IMG/VR virus record: IMGVR_UViG_3300010361_000018
Span: 1 to 43,848 of that record
DNA length: 43,848 nucleotides
Source of the DNA: a virus
Taxonomy: Duplodnaviria > Caudoviricetes
Strand: one strand, 5' to 3'
Below, in pieces: positions 16,137 through 25,153 of this stretch. The notes below the pieces were generated by a model, which searched no databases, was not told the origin of the DNA, and worked only from the letters and a program-made list of their open reading frames with translations. How positions within the stretch are numbered: the stretch's first letter is position 1; each line of letters begins with the position of its first letter. Both the position numbers and the translations under genes were made by a program.

Positions 16137-18344
16137 TCAAGCCCGTCGCGGTGGAACTGGGGCGCCCATTCGTGGCATCTGATCCTGGTGCATCATGCCA
16201 GGCGGACCCTGTGGGCGCGGTAACGCAGGGATCGCGCCCGGTCGCGGCGTACCTGCAACACCAGGACCGGCGCCACCCGGTACTCCTGGAGCGCCTTGCG
16301 GCCGGGCCATCGCCCCTGTAGCGGCAGCGTTCTGCTTTGCCAGATCCATCATGTGCTGCCGGATGTGAATATCAAAGCACCCGGCCGGATCACCCATCTG
16401 CTGCTTTGCCATCATGTGCGACTGCAGATGCTTCTGATGGTTATCAAATGGACTGGTGGGAACCACGAAAGCCGCGCCCAGGATCTCGTTCTCCTGCTCC
16501 GGCGGGATCGACATGTGATGCCGCTTGTCCCGGATCGATTGCGCCGCCAGCGTCGGACCAAAAAGATTTGCCGCCTGCTGTTCGATGAATGGCGCTAGGG
16601 ACAACTCCATCCCCTCAGCCATCAACTGCTGACCCATGCCCCGGAGTAGGTTAAAGAATGCCGTGCCCTGCTGCGCCATCGCGACGCTCTGCCGCGCTTG
16701 CTCAGCCCCGATCCAGCGGAAATGATAGTGCATCCCGTTCTGGATCGGCGGCACCTCAATCATGTTGGCCTGCAGGCCCATGTACCCATAGGCTCTTACC
16801 GTCAGATCCCGGTCGCGGAACTGGTGATCCAAATCGACAAACCACCCCAGGACTTGATTAAGCAAGTCTTCCATGACGGTCACATTGACTGCTACGGTTA
16901 AAAGATCGACCTGCTGCTCCATCGCAATTTCAGCTTGATTCCGCTTTGATCCCGGCCTCCCGGTCTGCTGCGGAATCATCGAGGGATTGACGTTCAACCC
17001 CTGGAAAATCAGTTGAATGCCATCCAATACCCGCGCCTTGGCCCGCTGGCTCAGATCCGGGAACTGCATGAACTCGTAAGTCCCGGCCGCGCCATCCCAC
17101 ACCGCACCCGGAGCAATGATCGCCGGCCGGTTTCCAGCCAGCGCCGCATCCCGGCGCACCAACGGCATCGCCGACATATGATCAACGTCGGCCCGCTCAT
17201 TGGCCGCGTCGTTGATTTCATATTGTATCGGCGCCAAATGCTCGATCGCCGAGGCTCCCTTGAACACCCCCGGCAGCTTCTTGCGTGCCTTCGACAACAG
17301 CGGACAGCGGTCATTCCAATACGGGTTGCGCTTCAACCCAAGCGGAGTTCTCTGCAACTCCCACCACAGCCGACAGAGCCGCGGCCGCGCCTTCTCGCTG
17401 AAGCCCTTCTTCGGATCGTAAGGCACCATCAGCCACGTCTCGAAGGCGGTCATGAAAGTGTCGTCGCCGTCCCTGACGCCGACCGCTTTAGCGAGTGCTT
17501 TTCCGACATTGACCAAGCCGTTCGCCTGCGTGTCGGAACCACGCATCAGTTCTAGGTCTTCAACCTCGGCCTCGATCTCGCCGTCCTCGACCATCGCTTC
17601 GGCCTTGGACTTGGACCAGCGCCGAACAATCGTGGCGGAACCGCCGTTCTGTAGCGCCCACAGCACGCTGGGACTATGTGCCGGCAGAACCAGAACGTCA
17701 GAGTCGTGAAGGACCTCGATGCCAGGAAAGCCGACCTCTATTTCCTCCTCGGTGATGTCGATGATCTCGCCGTCCGGCCCCTCGCCCCGCGTCTCCCGCG
17801 AGACCACATCACGGGTCAGACTGTTCCAATCGACGTAAAGATTGGACTGACCCTCGACGTCGGTGCAGACAAAGAGCGGCTCTACCACATTGACCTTGAA
17901 TGATTCTTCCGACTCGCTGCCGATGATGTAGTGGTTCAGGAGAGCCAGCAGCTCGAACGGCTGCACCCCGTCCGACGACGTGCAATCAACGTGGCGCCCG
18001 GAATTGGGGAACAGCTGATTGGTAAACCGCGTCGCTCTGGCATCGACGGCATCCCGGATCGCTGGGATAAACACCTCAGCCGTGCCGTTGTAATACTGAT
18101 TGCCGCCAAGCTGGCAGTTATACAAATCCCATAGTTCGCAGAGTTTATCTGAGCGGTCAGCCTGCTTTTCAAAGCCCCGCGCGATGGCGTCGATCTTCTT
18201 CGCCAGCCACTTGCGGCACTTGGAGTTCTCGCGGCCCAACAAATCCTTGTCGCGCCGCAGCTTCTCGCTGGGGCGCTCGCTAAGGTCTAAGTCATCATCG
18301 TCGTTGGCGGGGGAAGCCTCGGACTCAACCCGCGGATCTAGCAT
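16137..18344 (-). CDS. Portal protein
   Basis: 735 aa between TerL and scaffold; IQYEINDAANERAD helix; Pro/Gln-rich C-terminus as in P22-like portals. Confidence 0.85.
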   Translation of the reverse strand: MLDPRVESEASPANDDDDLDLSERPSEKLRRDKDLLGRENSKCRKWLAKKIDAIARGFEKQADRSDKLCELWDLYNCQLGGNQYYNGTAEVFIPAIRDAVDARATRFTNQLFPNSGRHVDCTSSDGVQPFELLALLNHYIIGSESEESFKVNVVEPLFVCTDVEGQSNLYVDWNSLTRDVVSRETRGEGPDGEIIDITEEEIEVGFPGIEVLHDSDVLVLPAHSPSVLWALQNGGSATIVRRWSKSKAEAMVEDGEIEAEVEDLELMRGSDTQANGLVNVGKALAKAVGVRDGDDTFMTAFETWLMVPYDPKKGFSEKARPRLCRLWWELQRTPLGLKRNPYWNDRCPLLSKARKKLPGVFKGASAIEHLAPIQYEINDAANERADVDHMSAMPLVRRDAALAGNRPAIIAPGAVWDGAAGTYEFMQFPDLSQRAKARVLDGIQLIFQGLNVNPSMIPQQTGRPGSKRNQAEIAMEQQVDLLTVAVNVTVMEDLLNQVLGWFVDLDHQFRDRDLTVRAYGYMGLQANMIEVPPIQNGMHYHFRWIGAEQARQSVAMAQQGTAFFNLLRGMGQQLMAEGMELSLAPFIEQQAANLFGPTLAAQSIRDKRHHMSIPPEQENEILGAAFVVPTSPFDNHQKHLQSHMMAKQQMGDPAGCFDIHIRQHMMDLAKQNAAATGAMARPQGAPGVPGGAGPGVAGTPRPGAIPALPRPQGPPGMMHQDQMPRMGAPVPPRRA

Positions 18345-18625
18345 CAGCCAGGCTGCTGCCCACCCTCCGATTGCGGCGCATTAGGATCAGTTTCGGCGGG
18401 CGAAGCGTCGCCGGATGGCGCTGAATCCCCAGAGGGCCCTGGGTCGGTCACGGGTAAAGGGGCAGGCGATTCCTGTGGCGGCGAGATCATGTCCCGCAGT
18501 GCCGCCACGTCCTGCGTCAGCGTGCGGGCAATGCTCCACAACCCGGAGGTTTGCGGCTGGTCGGCGATGTGCCGGAACCCGGCAGCAATACCCTCCAGAA
18601 TCTTCAGCAGATGATTCTCGTCCAT
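18344..18625 (-). CDS. Hypothetical protein
   Basis: ORF coupled between TerL and portal. Confidence 0.65.
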   Translation of the reverse strand: MDENHLLKILEGIAAGFRHIADQPQTSGLWSIARTLTQDVAALRDMISPPQESPAPLPVTDPGPSGDSAPSGDASPAETDPNAPQSEGGQQPG

Positions 18626-18626
18626 A

Positions 18627-20699
18627 TCATCCCCTCGTCGCTAAGGCACTTCGGTAAGCCACCCCGGAGCGAGTGTAACTCAAGGGCTGCTGCTCGTCAT
18701 TCTCTTCCGCTCCTGCCCCAATCGCAGCAAAAGCCTCTAACCCTTCAAAAAGCAGTCGATATATGCCGGCGTCGGCTTCTCGTCCTGCCATCCCCCGATC
18801 GCCCACGGGTCGCGCGTATCCTCCGGCAAATCCCCGCAGAGTCCAACGGGCGTAGGGAGAGACCAACAGTCGGGGTCGTCCATTTGCACCGCGACGCGCC
18901 AGCATCTCGGACACGGCGGCGCGCCCACGCTCAAGGTCGCCACCAATGGCAGGTGTCGTAGGCACTGCGCGTATGGACTGGACCAGTCCGACATTCCGGT
19001 AAGTCTCCTTGTGCCACGCCGGTACCACCCACGTCACTGGACGGCGGTTCACGATCTGCCGCGTCACCGGCACCTTATATATATCACTCCCCTCGCCATA
19101 CTCGGTCACCGTCCTCAAAACCGTGGTCCCCGCTGCTAGACAGGCTTCCGTGTGGATATCAGCTATTACCTCCTGCGGACTGCCCTCCCGCACCCAGTCC
19201 GCAAGGATCCTTAACTCGCCATCGGTCCTTTGTACCAAGGCGGCAACCACCAATGCGCCATCGGAATTCGCCGCCAGGAAAGCTGGCCTGCCGATGTCCG
19301 GCGCGAGTGTCGGCGAAACATGCGCCTCATCGAACGCTTCATAGATCGGAGCACCTGGCCTGAGTAGGAGTGCGTAGGCACAAGCGTTGGGCGCGTCGAT
19401 ACGACCAGACGGAAACGAGAGGAACTGATCGAAGACATCCTTGAACTCCGGTTCTGACCCCGCAAACGTGATCTCCCCCGCCGTCATCCAGTGCTGCAAA
19501 CCCCGAATAAAATCCAGCTTCCCCTTCGGCGCTCTAACAGGCAGCAGCGGCAGCATAACGCGGCGCTTGAGCATCTCCGCCCGAATCGGCTGCCGCGCCC
19601 ACTCGTTCAGCCCGTCCTCCTCAAAGCCCTCCCAGGTCAACTCATACTCAGCATGCGTCGCAAACAGATCGTCAATGATCTGGTCCGGCATCCACTCATG
19701 AGCCGAGGCGTGCCAGAACACGATGCGGTTCCCAATGTACGACCACACCGCCTTACCCGTCGTCGCCGCCTTCCGTCCCACTGTACGCGCCGGATCGTAC
19801 ATGGCATAAACCGCCTGCCATGAACGCACCTTGGGCTCGCACCTAAGTAACGATCGCGAAAAGATGCGAGCCCCCTCCGCCGCCGGCTCGCACATCATCT
19901 CCTCGTTCCACCCCTGCAAATCCCCGGCGTACTCGTCCCGCTTTAAGGCGTCGATCGCCCGGAGCGAAAACTTCGCCGGCCACGTCGCGTTACGATCTCC
20001 GTTATCGTCCAGATACTCGATGGGCAGTTTAAGGGTGGGCCAGCGAGCCTTCTCGCACCGCTCGGGGAGAGAACCCACACCTCTTCTGGTTCCGAGAACA
20101 CGTACCCAGGAGAGGTGGGGGTTATCCAACGCGAGAAGGAAGGTCCGCGTGAACCACCGCCACGTGCTCTCCCGCTCCGCATCCGTCCTTATCTCCTGCG
20201 GATCCTCAACGTCGTCCACTAAGGCCGCATCCGGCCGGTGGTCCAGATACTTCAGGCCGGTGATCGACTGATCCCGCCCAATCGCCTCTAGACAACAGCC
20301 GTTCGCCAGTACAATCCTGGTCTCCTGCCAGGTCTTGGATGCAGCCTTCAGCATGCCAAAGGTAGAAATCAGCTGGTCGTTGATCACGAACTCGTTCTTG
20401 ATCGAGGCCAGACGCGCCTTCGCCAGCTTCTCGCTCGCGGAGACGATGACCATGTAGCGGAACTCGTGGAGACACGCCCGGAGGACCGCCGCCTCCTCGA
20501 GATACGTGCTCTTCCCCAAGCCCCGGAAGCCCTCGATGACCTGCCGGGGATGCGCCTTATATATAGCCTCTATCAACTCGGCATGCGCCTTACACGGCTC
20601 ATCGGTGTGCCGGTGCGCAAACAACTGCTGATGCGCCAGCCAGCGGTTCTCGCTGAAAATAGCGATCAGGCTCTCATGCGCAGGTGGCTTACGGGGCAT
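18627..20699 (-). CDS. terL: Terminase large subunit with long C-terminal extension
   Basis: Walker A-like GFRGLGKST, Walker B ALVDDVED, coupling motif VLGT, nuclease YAMYDPA and FPSGRIDAPNA. Confidence 0.92.
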   Translation of the reverse strand: MPRKPPAHESLIAIFSENRWLAHQQLFAHRHTDEPCKAHAELIEAIYKAHPRQVIEGFRGLGKSTYLEEAAVLRACLHEFRYMVIVSASEKLAKARLASIKNEFVINDQLISTFGMLKAASKTWQETRIVLANGCCLEAIGRDQSITGLKYLDHRPDAALVDDVEDPQEIRTDAERESTWRWFTRTFLLALDNPHLSWVRVLGTRRGVGSLPERCEKARWPTLKLPIEYLDDNGDRNATWPAKFSLRAIDALKRDEYAGDLQGWNEEMMCEPAAEGARIFSRSLLRCEPKVRSWQAVYAMYDPARTVGRKAATTGKAVWSYIGNRIVFWHASAHEWMPDQIIDDLFATHAEYELTWEGFEEDGLNEWARQPIRAEMLKRRVMLPLLPVRAPKGKLDFIRGLQHWMTAGEITFAGSEPEFKDVFDQFLSFPSGRIDAPNACAYALLLRPGAPIYEAFDEAHVSPTLAPDIGRPAFLAANSDGALVVAALVQRTDGELRILADWVREGSPQEVIADIHTEACLAAGTTVLRTVTEYGEGSDIYKVPVTRQIVNRRPVTWVVPAWHKETYRNVGLVQSIRAVPTTPAIGGDLERGRAAVSEMLARRGANGRPRLLVSPYARWTLRGFAGGYARPVGDRGMAGREADAGIYRLLFEGLEAFAAIGAGAEENDEQQPLSYTRSGVAYRSALATRG

Positions 20700-21456
20700 A
20701 GACAGCCGCGATATGACGGGCGAGCGGCAGCGGTATCTTCGCAATCATCGCCGAGGCTTGCTTGCGAGTTAACGACTTACTGCCGGACGAGGTCAGCGAT
20801 TCAGGTGTACGCGTCCCATCGTTGAACCATCGCGTCCCATCGTTGAACCATCGCGTCCCATCGTTGAACCATCGCGTCCCATCCGGCGCCTTAATGACAG
20901 CCGGGCGATGAGGGACGCCCTTGTATCCTCCCCCAGCAGCACACCGCGTAAAATCCTGCCCCCGCTTCTCCCTATCGGACCAATTCATACCCGGCGCCTT
21001 CACACCTTTAAATGTAAAGGGCATCAGCGCCGGCACATCACCCCACAGATAATAGCTCCCGTAGTTCCATCGCGCGCGACCAACCCACTTCTGCGCTCCC
21101 CTGACGTTCTCCACCACCATCGGAATCTTCCGTCCTGCCGCCTCAGACGCCTCGCGCTGTATCCTGAAGCACGCCTCGAACAAGGTGTTGTCCGGCGGCG
21201 GCAATGCCTTCGCCCGCTTCCACGGCATCGCCCGGTAGCTGTACCCCTGACACGGCGGACTCGCCACGATCAGATCCACATCACGGAACTGTGAGCCGTG
21301 CAGCGTCAGCACATCCTGAATCACCATCGTTGTCGGATAGCGGTGCTCACCATACTCATGCCGCTCGATGTCGAAGCCGATGACATCCCACCCCTCAGCC
21401 AACAGCCCCTCGGCCCATCCCCCAAGCCCGCAGAACAGATCAATCGCCAGTGGCAT
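20689..21456 (-). CDS. DNA cytosine-5 methyltransferase
   Basis: Motif I DLFCGLGG, motif IV SPPCQ, motif VI ENV, C-terminal AKIPLPLA. Confidence 0.85.
   Translation of the reverse strand: MPLAIDLFCGLGGWAEGLLAEGWDVIGFDIERHEYGEHRYPTTMVIQDVLTLHGSQFRDVDLIVASPPCQGYSYRAMPWKRAKALPPPDNTLFEACFRIQREASEAAGRKIPMVVENVRGAQKWVGRARWNYGSYYLWGDVPALMPFTFKGVKAPGMNWSDREKRGQDFTRCAAGGGYKGVPHRPAVIKAPDGTRWFNDGTRWFNDGTRWFNDGTRTPESLTSSGSKSLTRKQASAMIAKIPLPLARHIAAVYAP
20810..20883. repeat. 21-bp tandem repeat, 3.5 copies (DGTRWFN) within the methyltransferase
   Basis: CGCGTCCCATCGTTGAACCAT at 20810, 20831 and 20852, plus a partial copy at 20873. Confidence 0.95.
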
Positions 21457-21737
21457 TACTGGGGCTGTCCCCCGCCCTTCTGCTGCTGGTACAAGTACCG
21501 CTGCCAGTACTCCAGTTGCTTCGTCTGCTCCGCTATCATGTCCACCCGCGCGCTCACCGCCGCCAAGCGGCTCTCCAGCGCAGACACAGCGCCGTTAAAC
21601 TGCAGGATCAGCGTGATCACCGCAGCCACCAGGATACCCGCATTGATGACGTTCCCAGCCGTCACCTGCGCCCGCCATATGCCGCGGCCGTTAGAAGATT
21701 CTCCGGTCCCATTCCCCATCGCTAGCACACCAAGCAT
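21456..21737 (-). CDS. Single-TM coiled-coil protein (lysis-associated candidate)
   Basis: TM segment AGILVAAVITLIL followed by a coiled coil. Confidence 0.6.
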   Translation of the reverse strand: MLGVLAMGNGTGESSNGRGIWRAQVTAGNVINAGILVAAVITLILQFNGAVSALESRLAAVSARVDMIAEQTKQLEYWQRYLYQQQKGGGQPQ

Positions 21738-21746
21738 AAGACCCCG

Positions 21747-22055
21747 TTAATCCCCAGATGCCTCTCGCTCCATCAATTCCAACTCCCGCGTCCACTTGTA
21801 ACGATGCCCCGGCTGCGAGGCACACTCCGCCAAAACCCTGTCCATCCTCGCATGCAAGGCATCCAGACGCTCAGCCATACTCGTCCGATGCTTCTTAAAT
21901 ACCCTCGTGCACAGCCCAGCCCGGTACAGATACCCACACGCCTGATTCTTCGTGATCCCCAAAATCCGCGCAATCGCACCAGGACCATGCCCCAACCGAA
22001 ACTGCGCTATGACCGCCGCCCGCAGCTCAGGACGCGCCTGATTGAACCTCGACAT
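21747..22055 (-). CDS. GcrA-like helix-turn-helix protein
   Basis: AIARILGITKNQACGYLYRAGL resembles the GcrA N-terminal HTH (IAxxLGxTRNAVIGKxxRLGL). Confidence 0.65.
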   Translation of the reverse strand: MSRFNQARPELRAAVIAQFRLGHGPGAIARILGITKNQACGYLYRAGLCTRVFKKHRTSMAERLDALHARMDRVLAECASQPGHRYKWTRELELMEREASGD

Positions 22056-22071
22056 CCACACCCCCAAAAGT

Positions 22072-22185
22072 TCACCAACTCACCACCGCTAACGCTATAC
22101 CAATAAGCACCAACACCATCACAATAGGCGCCAACGCACCTCCCAACTCCTCCCTAACCCATTCCTCCCGCCCAAACTCAAACAT
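22072..22185 (-). CDS. Small membrane peptide (37 aa)
   Basis: MFEFGREEWVREELGGALAPIVMVLVLIGIALAVVSW; TGATG coupling; not in the ORF track. Confidence 0.55.
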   Translation of the reverse strand: MFEFGREEWVREELGGALAPIVMVLVLIGIALAVVSW

Positions 22186-22262
22186 CACTGGCTCACCACA
22201 AAAACAACAATCGCAATCAACACAAGAAACAAGAAACTAATCGTGATTAGGTCGAACCTCAT
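22185..22262 (-). CDS. Small membrane peptide (25 aa)
   Basis: MRFDLITISFLFLVLIAIVVFVVSQ; starts immediately after the upstream TAG. Confidence 0.5.
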   Translation of the reverse strand: MRFDLITISFLFLVLIAIVVFVVSQ

Positions 22263-22394
22263 CTACAACGGTAAGCCATGAACCAATTTGTACAACTCAA
22301 TCCCGATCCACCCATGCAAACAACATATGTCCAAACCCGCGCCACCGGTAACAACACCCAATGCAACAATCACCCCCAAAGGTACTACAATCAT
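22263..22394 (-). CDS. Small membrane peptide (43 aa)
   Basis: MIVVPLGVIVALGVVTGGAGLDICCLHGWIGIELYKLVHGLPL. Confidence 0.5.
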   Translation of the reverse strand: MIVVPLGVIVALGVVTGGAGLDICCLHGWIGIELYKLVHGLPL

Positions 22395-22412
22395 AACGCT
22401 ACCCCCCAGCAA

Positions 22413-22640
22413 CTAATTTTTCGGTACCTGCCCCCGGTCATATACTGAGACCCCACCATCCAACGATTGAATCGCTTTTCCTAAACGCATACTCGCGTCC
22501 TCAAGATGACGATACGCCAACATCATATTCGCCACCGATTCAGCCGGACCATCCAAACCACGCTCCTTCAAACCCCACAAATTCTCCGCCAACACCTTGA
22601 TCTCTCGACGCAACTCCTCACAATCAGAAACCTGAATCAT
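22413..22640 (-). CDS. Hypothetical helical protein
   Basis: MIQVSDCEELRREIK...ANMMLAYRHLEDASMRLGKAIQ; ATGA overlap with the upstream gene. Confidence 0.65.
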   Translation of the reverse strand: MIQVSDCEELRREIKVLAENLWGLKERGLDGPAESVANMMLAYRHLEDASMRLGKAIQSLDGGVSVYDRGQVPKN

Positions 22641-23044
22641 ACCGCTATCCCCCTCGCCCCAGCCAACGCTTTCACCGTCCCTATCAACTGCCCTACCCAC
22701 TGCACCCCCGTCGGGCTCGCCGCCAACTGCGCCAGACCCTCCGCCGTCGCACACCCCGCATTAATGTACGGCACAATCGCCCCTACCCCAGGCACCAGAC
22801 CCGCCACGTTCGCCACAAAAAGAGCCTCATAGCAGGCCGACCGTAAGTCAGATGCTACCGTGTTGATCGTCGTCGCCAAGCCGGGCGGAGGCTGTGCCGG
22901 TACCACGGCCGGTGCCATGCATCCAGAAAGAGACAGCCCCACCGCCCCTATATATAATGCAACCAATGCCGGGGGGCTGAAACGCCGCGGACGAGGCCCA
23001 GCTCTGTAAGCGTAACCAATGACTCCGCTAACCCCGGCAGTCAT
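22637..23044 (-). CDS. Putative lipoprotein / membrane protein
   Basis: Hydrophobic stretch ending in lipobox-like LSGC. Confidence 0.6.
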   Translation of the reverse strand: MTAGVSGVIGYAYRAGPRPRRFSPPALVALYIGAVGLSLSGCMAPAVVPAQPPPGLATTINTVASDLRSACYEALFVANVAGLVPGVGAIVPYINAGCATAEGLAQLAASPTGVQWVGQLIGTVKALAGARGIAV

Positions 23045-23289
23045 AACACCAAAGCCAAAAGATCACTCAACCGATCCTGCTCCGCACGAATCCACTCCCG
23101 TACCCGCTCCATCCGTACAAAATCACCCCGGATCTGACCAGCCTCAAACAACACCCGCGCATCCTCCCGCGCCTGCCAATCCTCCTTCTCCCGCCAAGTC
23201 GACACCTGCACCTGCGCAGGCTGCTCCAAAGTCAACCGCCCCACCTGCTCAGCCTGCCGCGCCCGCCACAACTCTTCCTCGCCCATCAC
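23041..23289 (-). CDS. Hypothetical protein
   Basis: ORF coupled to both neighbours. Confidence 0.6.
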   Translation of the reverse strand: MMGEEELWRARQAEQVGRLTLEQPAQVQVSTWREKEDWQAREDARVLFEAGQIRGDFVRMERVREWIRAEQDRLSDLLALVL

Positions 23290-23456
23290 CCCTGACCCCC
23301 ATGCGGCGTGAAATACGTCGCCGCCGTCGCTATCAACGTCGTAATCGAACTCGCTACCTCACTCGGTATCGAGACCTTCGCAAACGTCTCCACCGCCCAA
23401 CACAATATCACCGTCACCGCTCCCGCAGCTCCCGCCGCCACAGCCTTGTTCGGCAT
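23286..23456 (-). CDS. Holin-like two-TM protein (56 aa)
   Basis: MPNKAVAAGAAGAVTVILCWAVETFAKVSIPSEVASSITTLIATAATYFTPHGGQG; not in the ORF track. Confidence 0.6.
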   Translation of the reverse strand: MPNKAVAAGAAGAVTVILCWAVETFAKVSIPSEVASSITTLIATAATYFTPHGGQG

Positions 23457-23480
23457 CCCAAAATCCCCCTCTAAAAGTCC

Positions 23481-23891
23481 TCAGTCCTTACCCTTCAACT
23501 CCGCCCGACGTCGACGCGCCCACTCCCGCTGCCGCTCACGTCGACGCTCCTCACCGGAAATCGTCGACACCAATGCCTCAGGCGTCGACAAATCCACACC
23601 CCACGTCGACGCCCGCTGGCGACTCAACAACTCCGTCGACGTCAAACACTCCCCCTCATACCTCACAAAACCACCCGGCGACGCCTGCAAAACCCGCCCA
23701 TCATCCAACAAATGAACCGCCCCACCGTCCGGCCGAAACCGCGTCACAGGCTTCGCTCGCTTCCCAGCCCTCACCTCCGTCGACGCCACACAACTACACT
23801 CCCACCACACCGTCGACGCCCCACAATACAAACACCTGACAGACTGCCCACGCGACCACTCCATGCTCGATCTGCTCACAACCCGTTCCAT
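23481..23891 (-). CDS. Hypothetical protein with CxxC-x7-CxC motif and basic C-terminus
   Basis: CLYCGASTVWWECSC and EERRRERQREWARRRR; start uncertain. Confidence 0.5.
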   Translation of the reverse strand: MERVVSRSSMEWSRGQSVRCLYCGASTVWWECSCVASTEVRAGKRAKPVTRFRPDGGAVHLLDDGRVLQASPGGFVRYEGECLTSTELLSRQRASTWGVDLSTPEALVSTISGEERRRERQREWARRRRAELKGKD

Positions 23892-24241
23892 TCCCTTACT
23901 TACCACGTCGATGCGTCGATGTAAATCCCCAGGCCGCGCAGTTTCCGAGGGGGAAGAGCAATTTTTCGACCCCCCCGTCCGGCGACCCGGTTTTCCCCGA
24001 GTTACCCTGTGGATAACTCCCAAAAGCCTAGCGTTTCTGCGGCTCATGCGGCGCTGACACGGACCCCGTCGGGACCCCAGGAGGCGACGCCTCCGCAAGC
24101 TATTGAAATCATTGATGACGTTCACGTCTACATGGCGTGCAACGAGCGGAGCGAGGCTGCTTCAGGTGCGCGGTAACCTGCCTCGCTCAACCGCGCTTCC
24201 GCCTTGAAATATATCACAAAAAGGCTTATTTGCAGCCAATT

Positions 24242-24832
24242 ATGTGGCAAGGGCTTTCGCTGTTGCCGTGCGGTGCGTATTCGCGGCGCACGGGTTTACC
24301 GTGCACTCAGCCGCGGGTAAGAGGATCGCGTCGCTGTAAGCAGCACGGTGGTTTATCTACGGGTCCGCGTAGGGCTGCGCTTAATTCGGATGAGGCTAAG
24401 CGGATTCAGGCATTGCGCGTAAACAGGCGGGGCGGACCTAAGCGTAAGGGGTGGAGACAGGAGGATATGGCGAAGCGCATGAGGGTGGTAGCGGAAGCGA
24501 TACGATCGGCGCCGGGCGCCTCGGGATTAGGGCAGGAGCTAGAGCGGCGCGTCGAAAAGCATTTCGGCCTCGTCGAACATCTGCAAGATGAAGCCCTGGC
24601 GATCATGCGACAGCGGCGCTCGGCAAAATCCGAGGGCGCCGTGCTCGAGATACTCACGCCACAAGAGCTTGCTATCATAAAGGCTGCCGATGAGAGCGGC
24701 TGGAAAGGCGCCGCGATCCTGGAACGCGTAGGCGCCGCAGCTCTGGCAAGCCAGCATGGTTCAGAGGAAAAAATCAACGCCATCCTCGCCAATGTACGAA
24801 AATTGATAAAAAAAGGCAAGCCGAAACAGTAG
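24242..24832 (+). CDS. HGGxSTG-domain protein, terminase small subunit candidate
   Basis: CGAYSRRTGLPC...RCKQHGGLSTGPR. Confidence 0.75.
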   Translation: MWQGLSLLPCGAYSRRTGLPCTQPRVRGSRRCKQHGGLSTGPRRAALNSDEAKRIQALRVNRRGGPKRKGWRQEDMAKRMRVVAEAIRSAPGASGLGQELERRVEKHFGLVEHLQDEALAIMRQRRSAKSEGAVLEILTPQELAIIKAADESGWKGAAILERVGAAALASQHGSEEKINAILANVRKLIKKGKPKQ

Positions 24833-24916
24833 CTTGCTATAAATCTGCGCCCTGTTACACTTTTATTCTTTACAAGCGATCGCTTGCATCCTATCTTCCT
24901 TGCATCAGCAAGGGAG

Positions 24917-25114
24917 ATGGAAATGGCGTGGATCGAAAGCGAACCGGTTCTAACTTGTGATTGCTGCGGCTATCCCTACCAAGGATCCAGCTGCCCAAAC
25001 CCTGGATGCGATCTTAACCTTTCCGCAGAACAGAAAGAGCGCAATGCTGAGCGCAAGCGTCTAGACGACGAATGGACGGCCAATTTCCGCCGCTTCTATC
25101 ACCGCAAACACTAA
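24917..25114 (+). CDS. Small Cys-rich hypothetical protein
   Basis: AAGGGAG RBS; CDCCG...CPNPGC zinc-ribbon-like motif. Confidence 0.6.
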   Translation: MEMAWIESEPVLTCDCCGYPYQGSSCPNPGCDLNLSAEQKERNAERKRLDDEWTANFRRFYHRKH

Positions 25115-25153
25115 GCGGCCTAACCCTCACATTCAGACATAGGGAGACAGCCG

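Noticed and set aside
20810-20883. Mini-CRISPR or DGR repeat
   Set aside because: Head-to-tail in-frame tandem copies with no spacers; no reverse transcriptase in the genome.
752-21750. Numerous plus-strand ORFs opposite the structural operon
   Set aside because: Antisense shadows typical of high-GC coding DNA, with no RBS or motif support.
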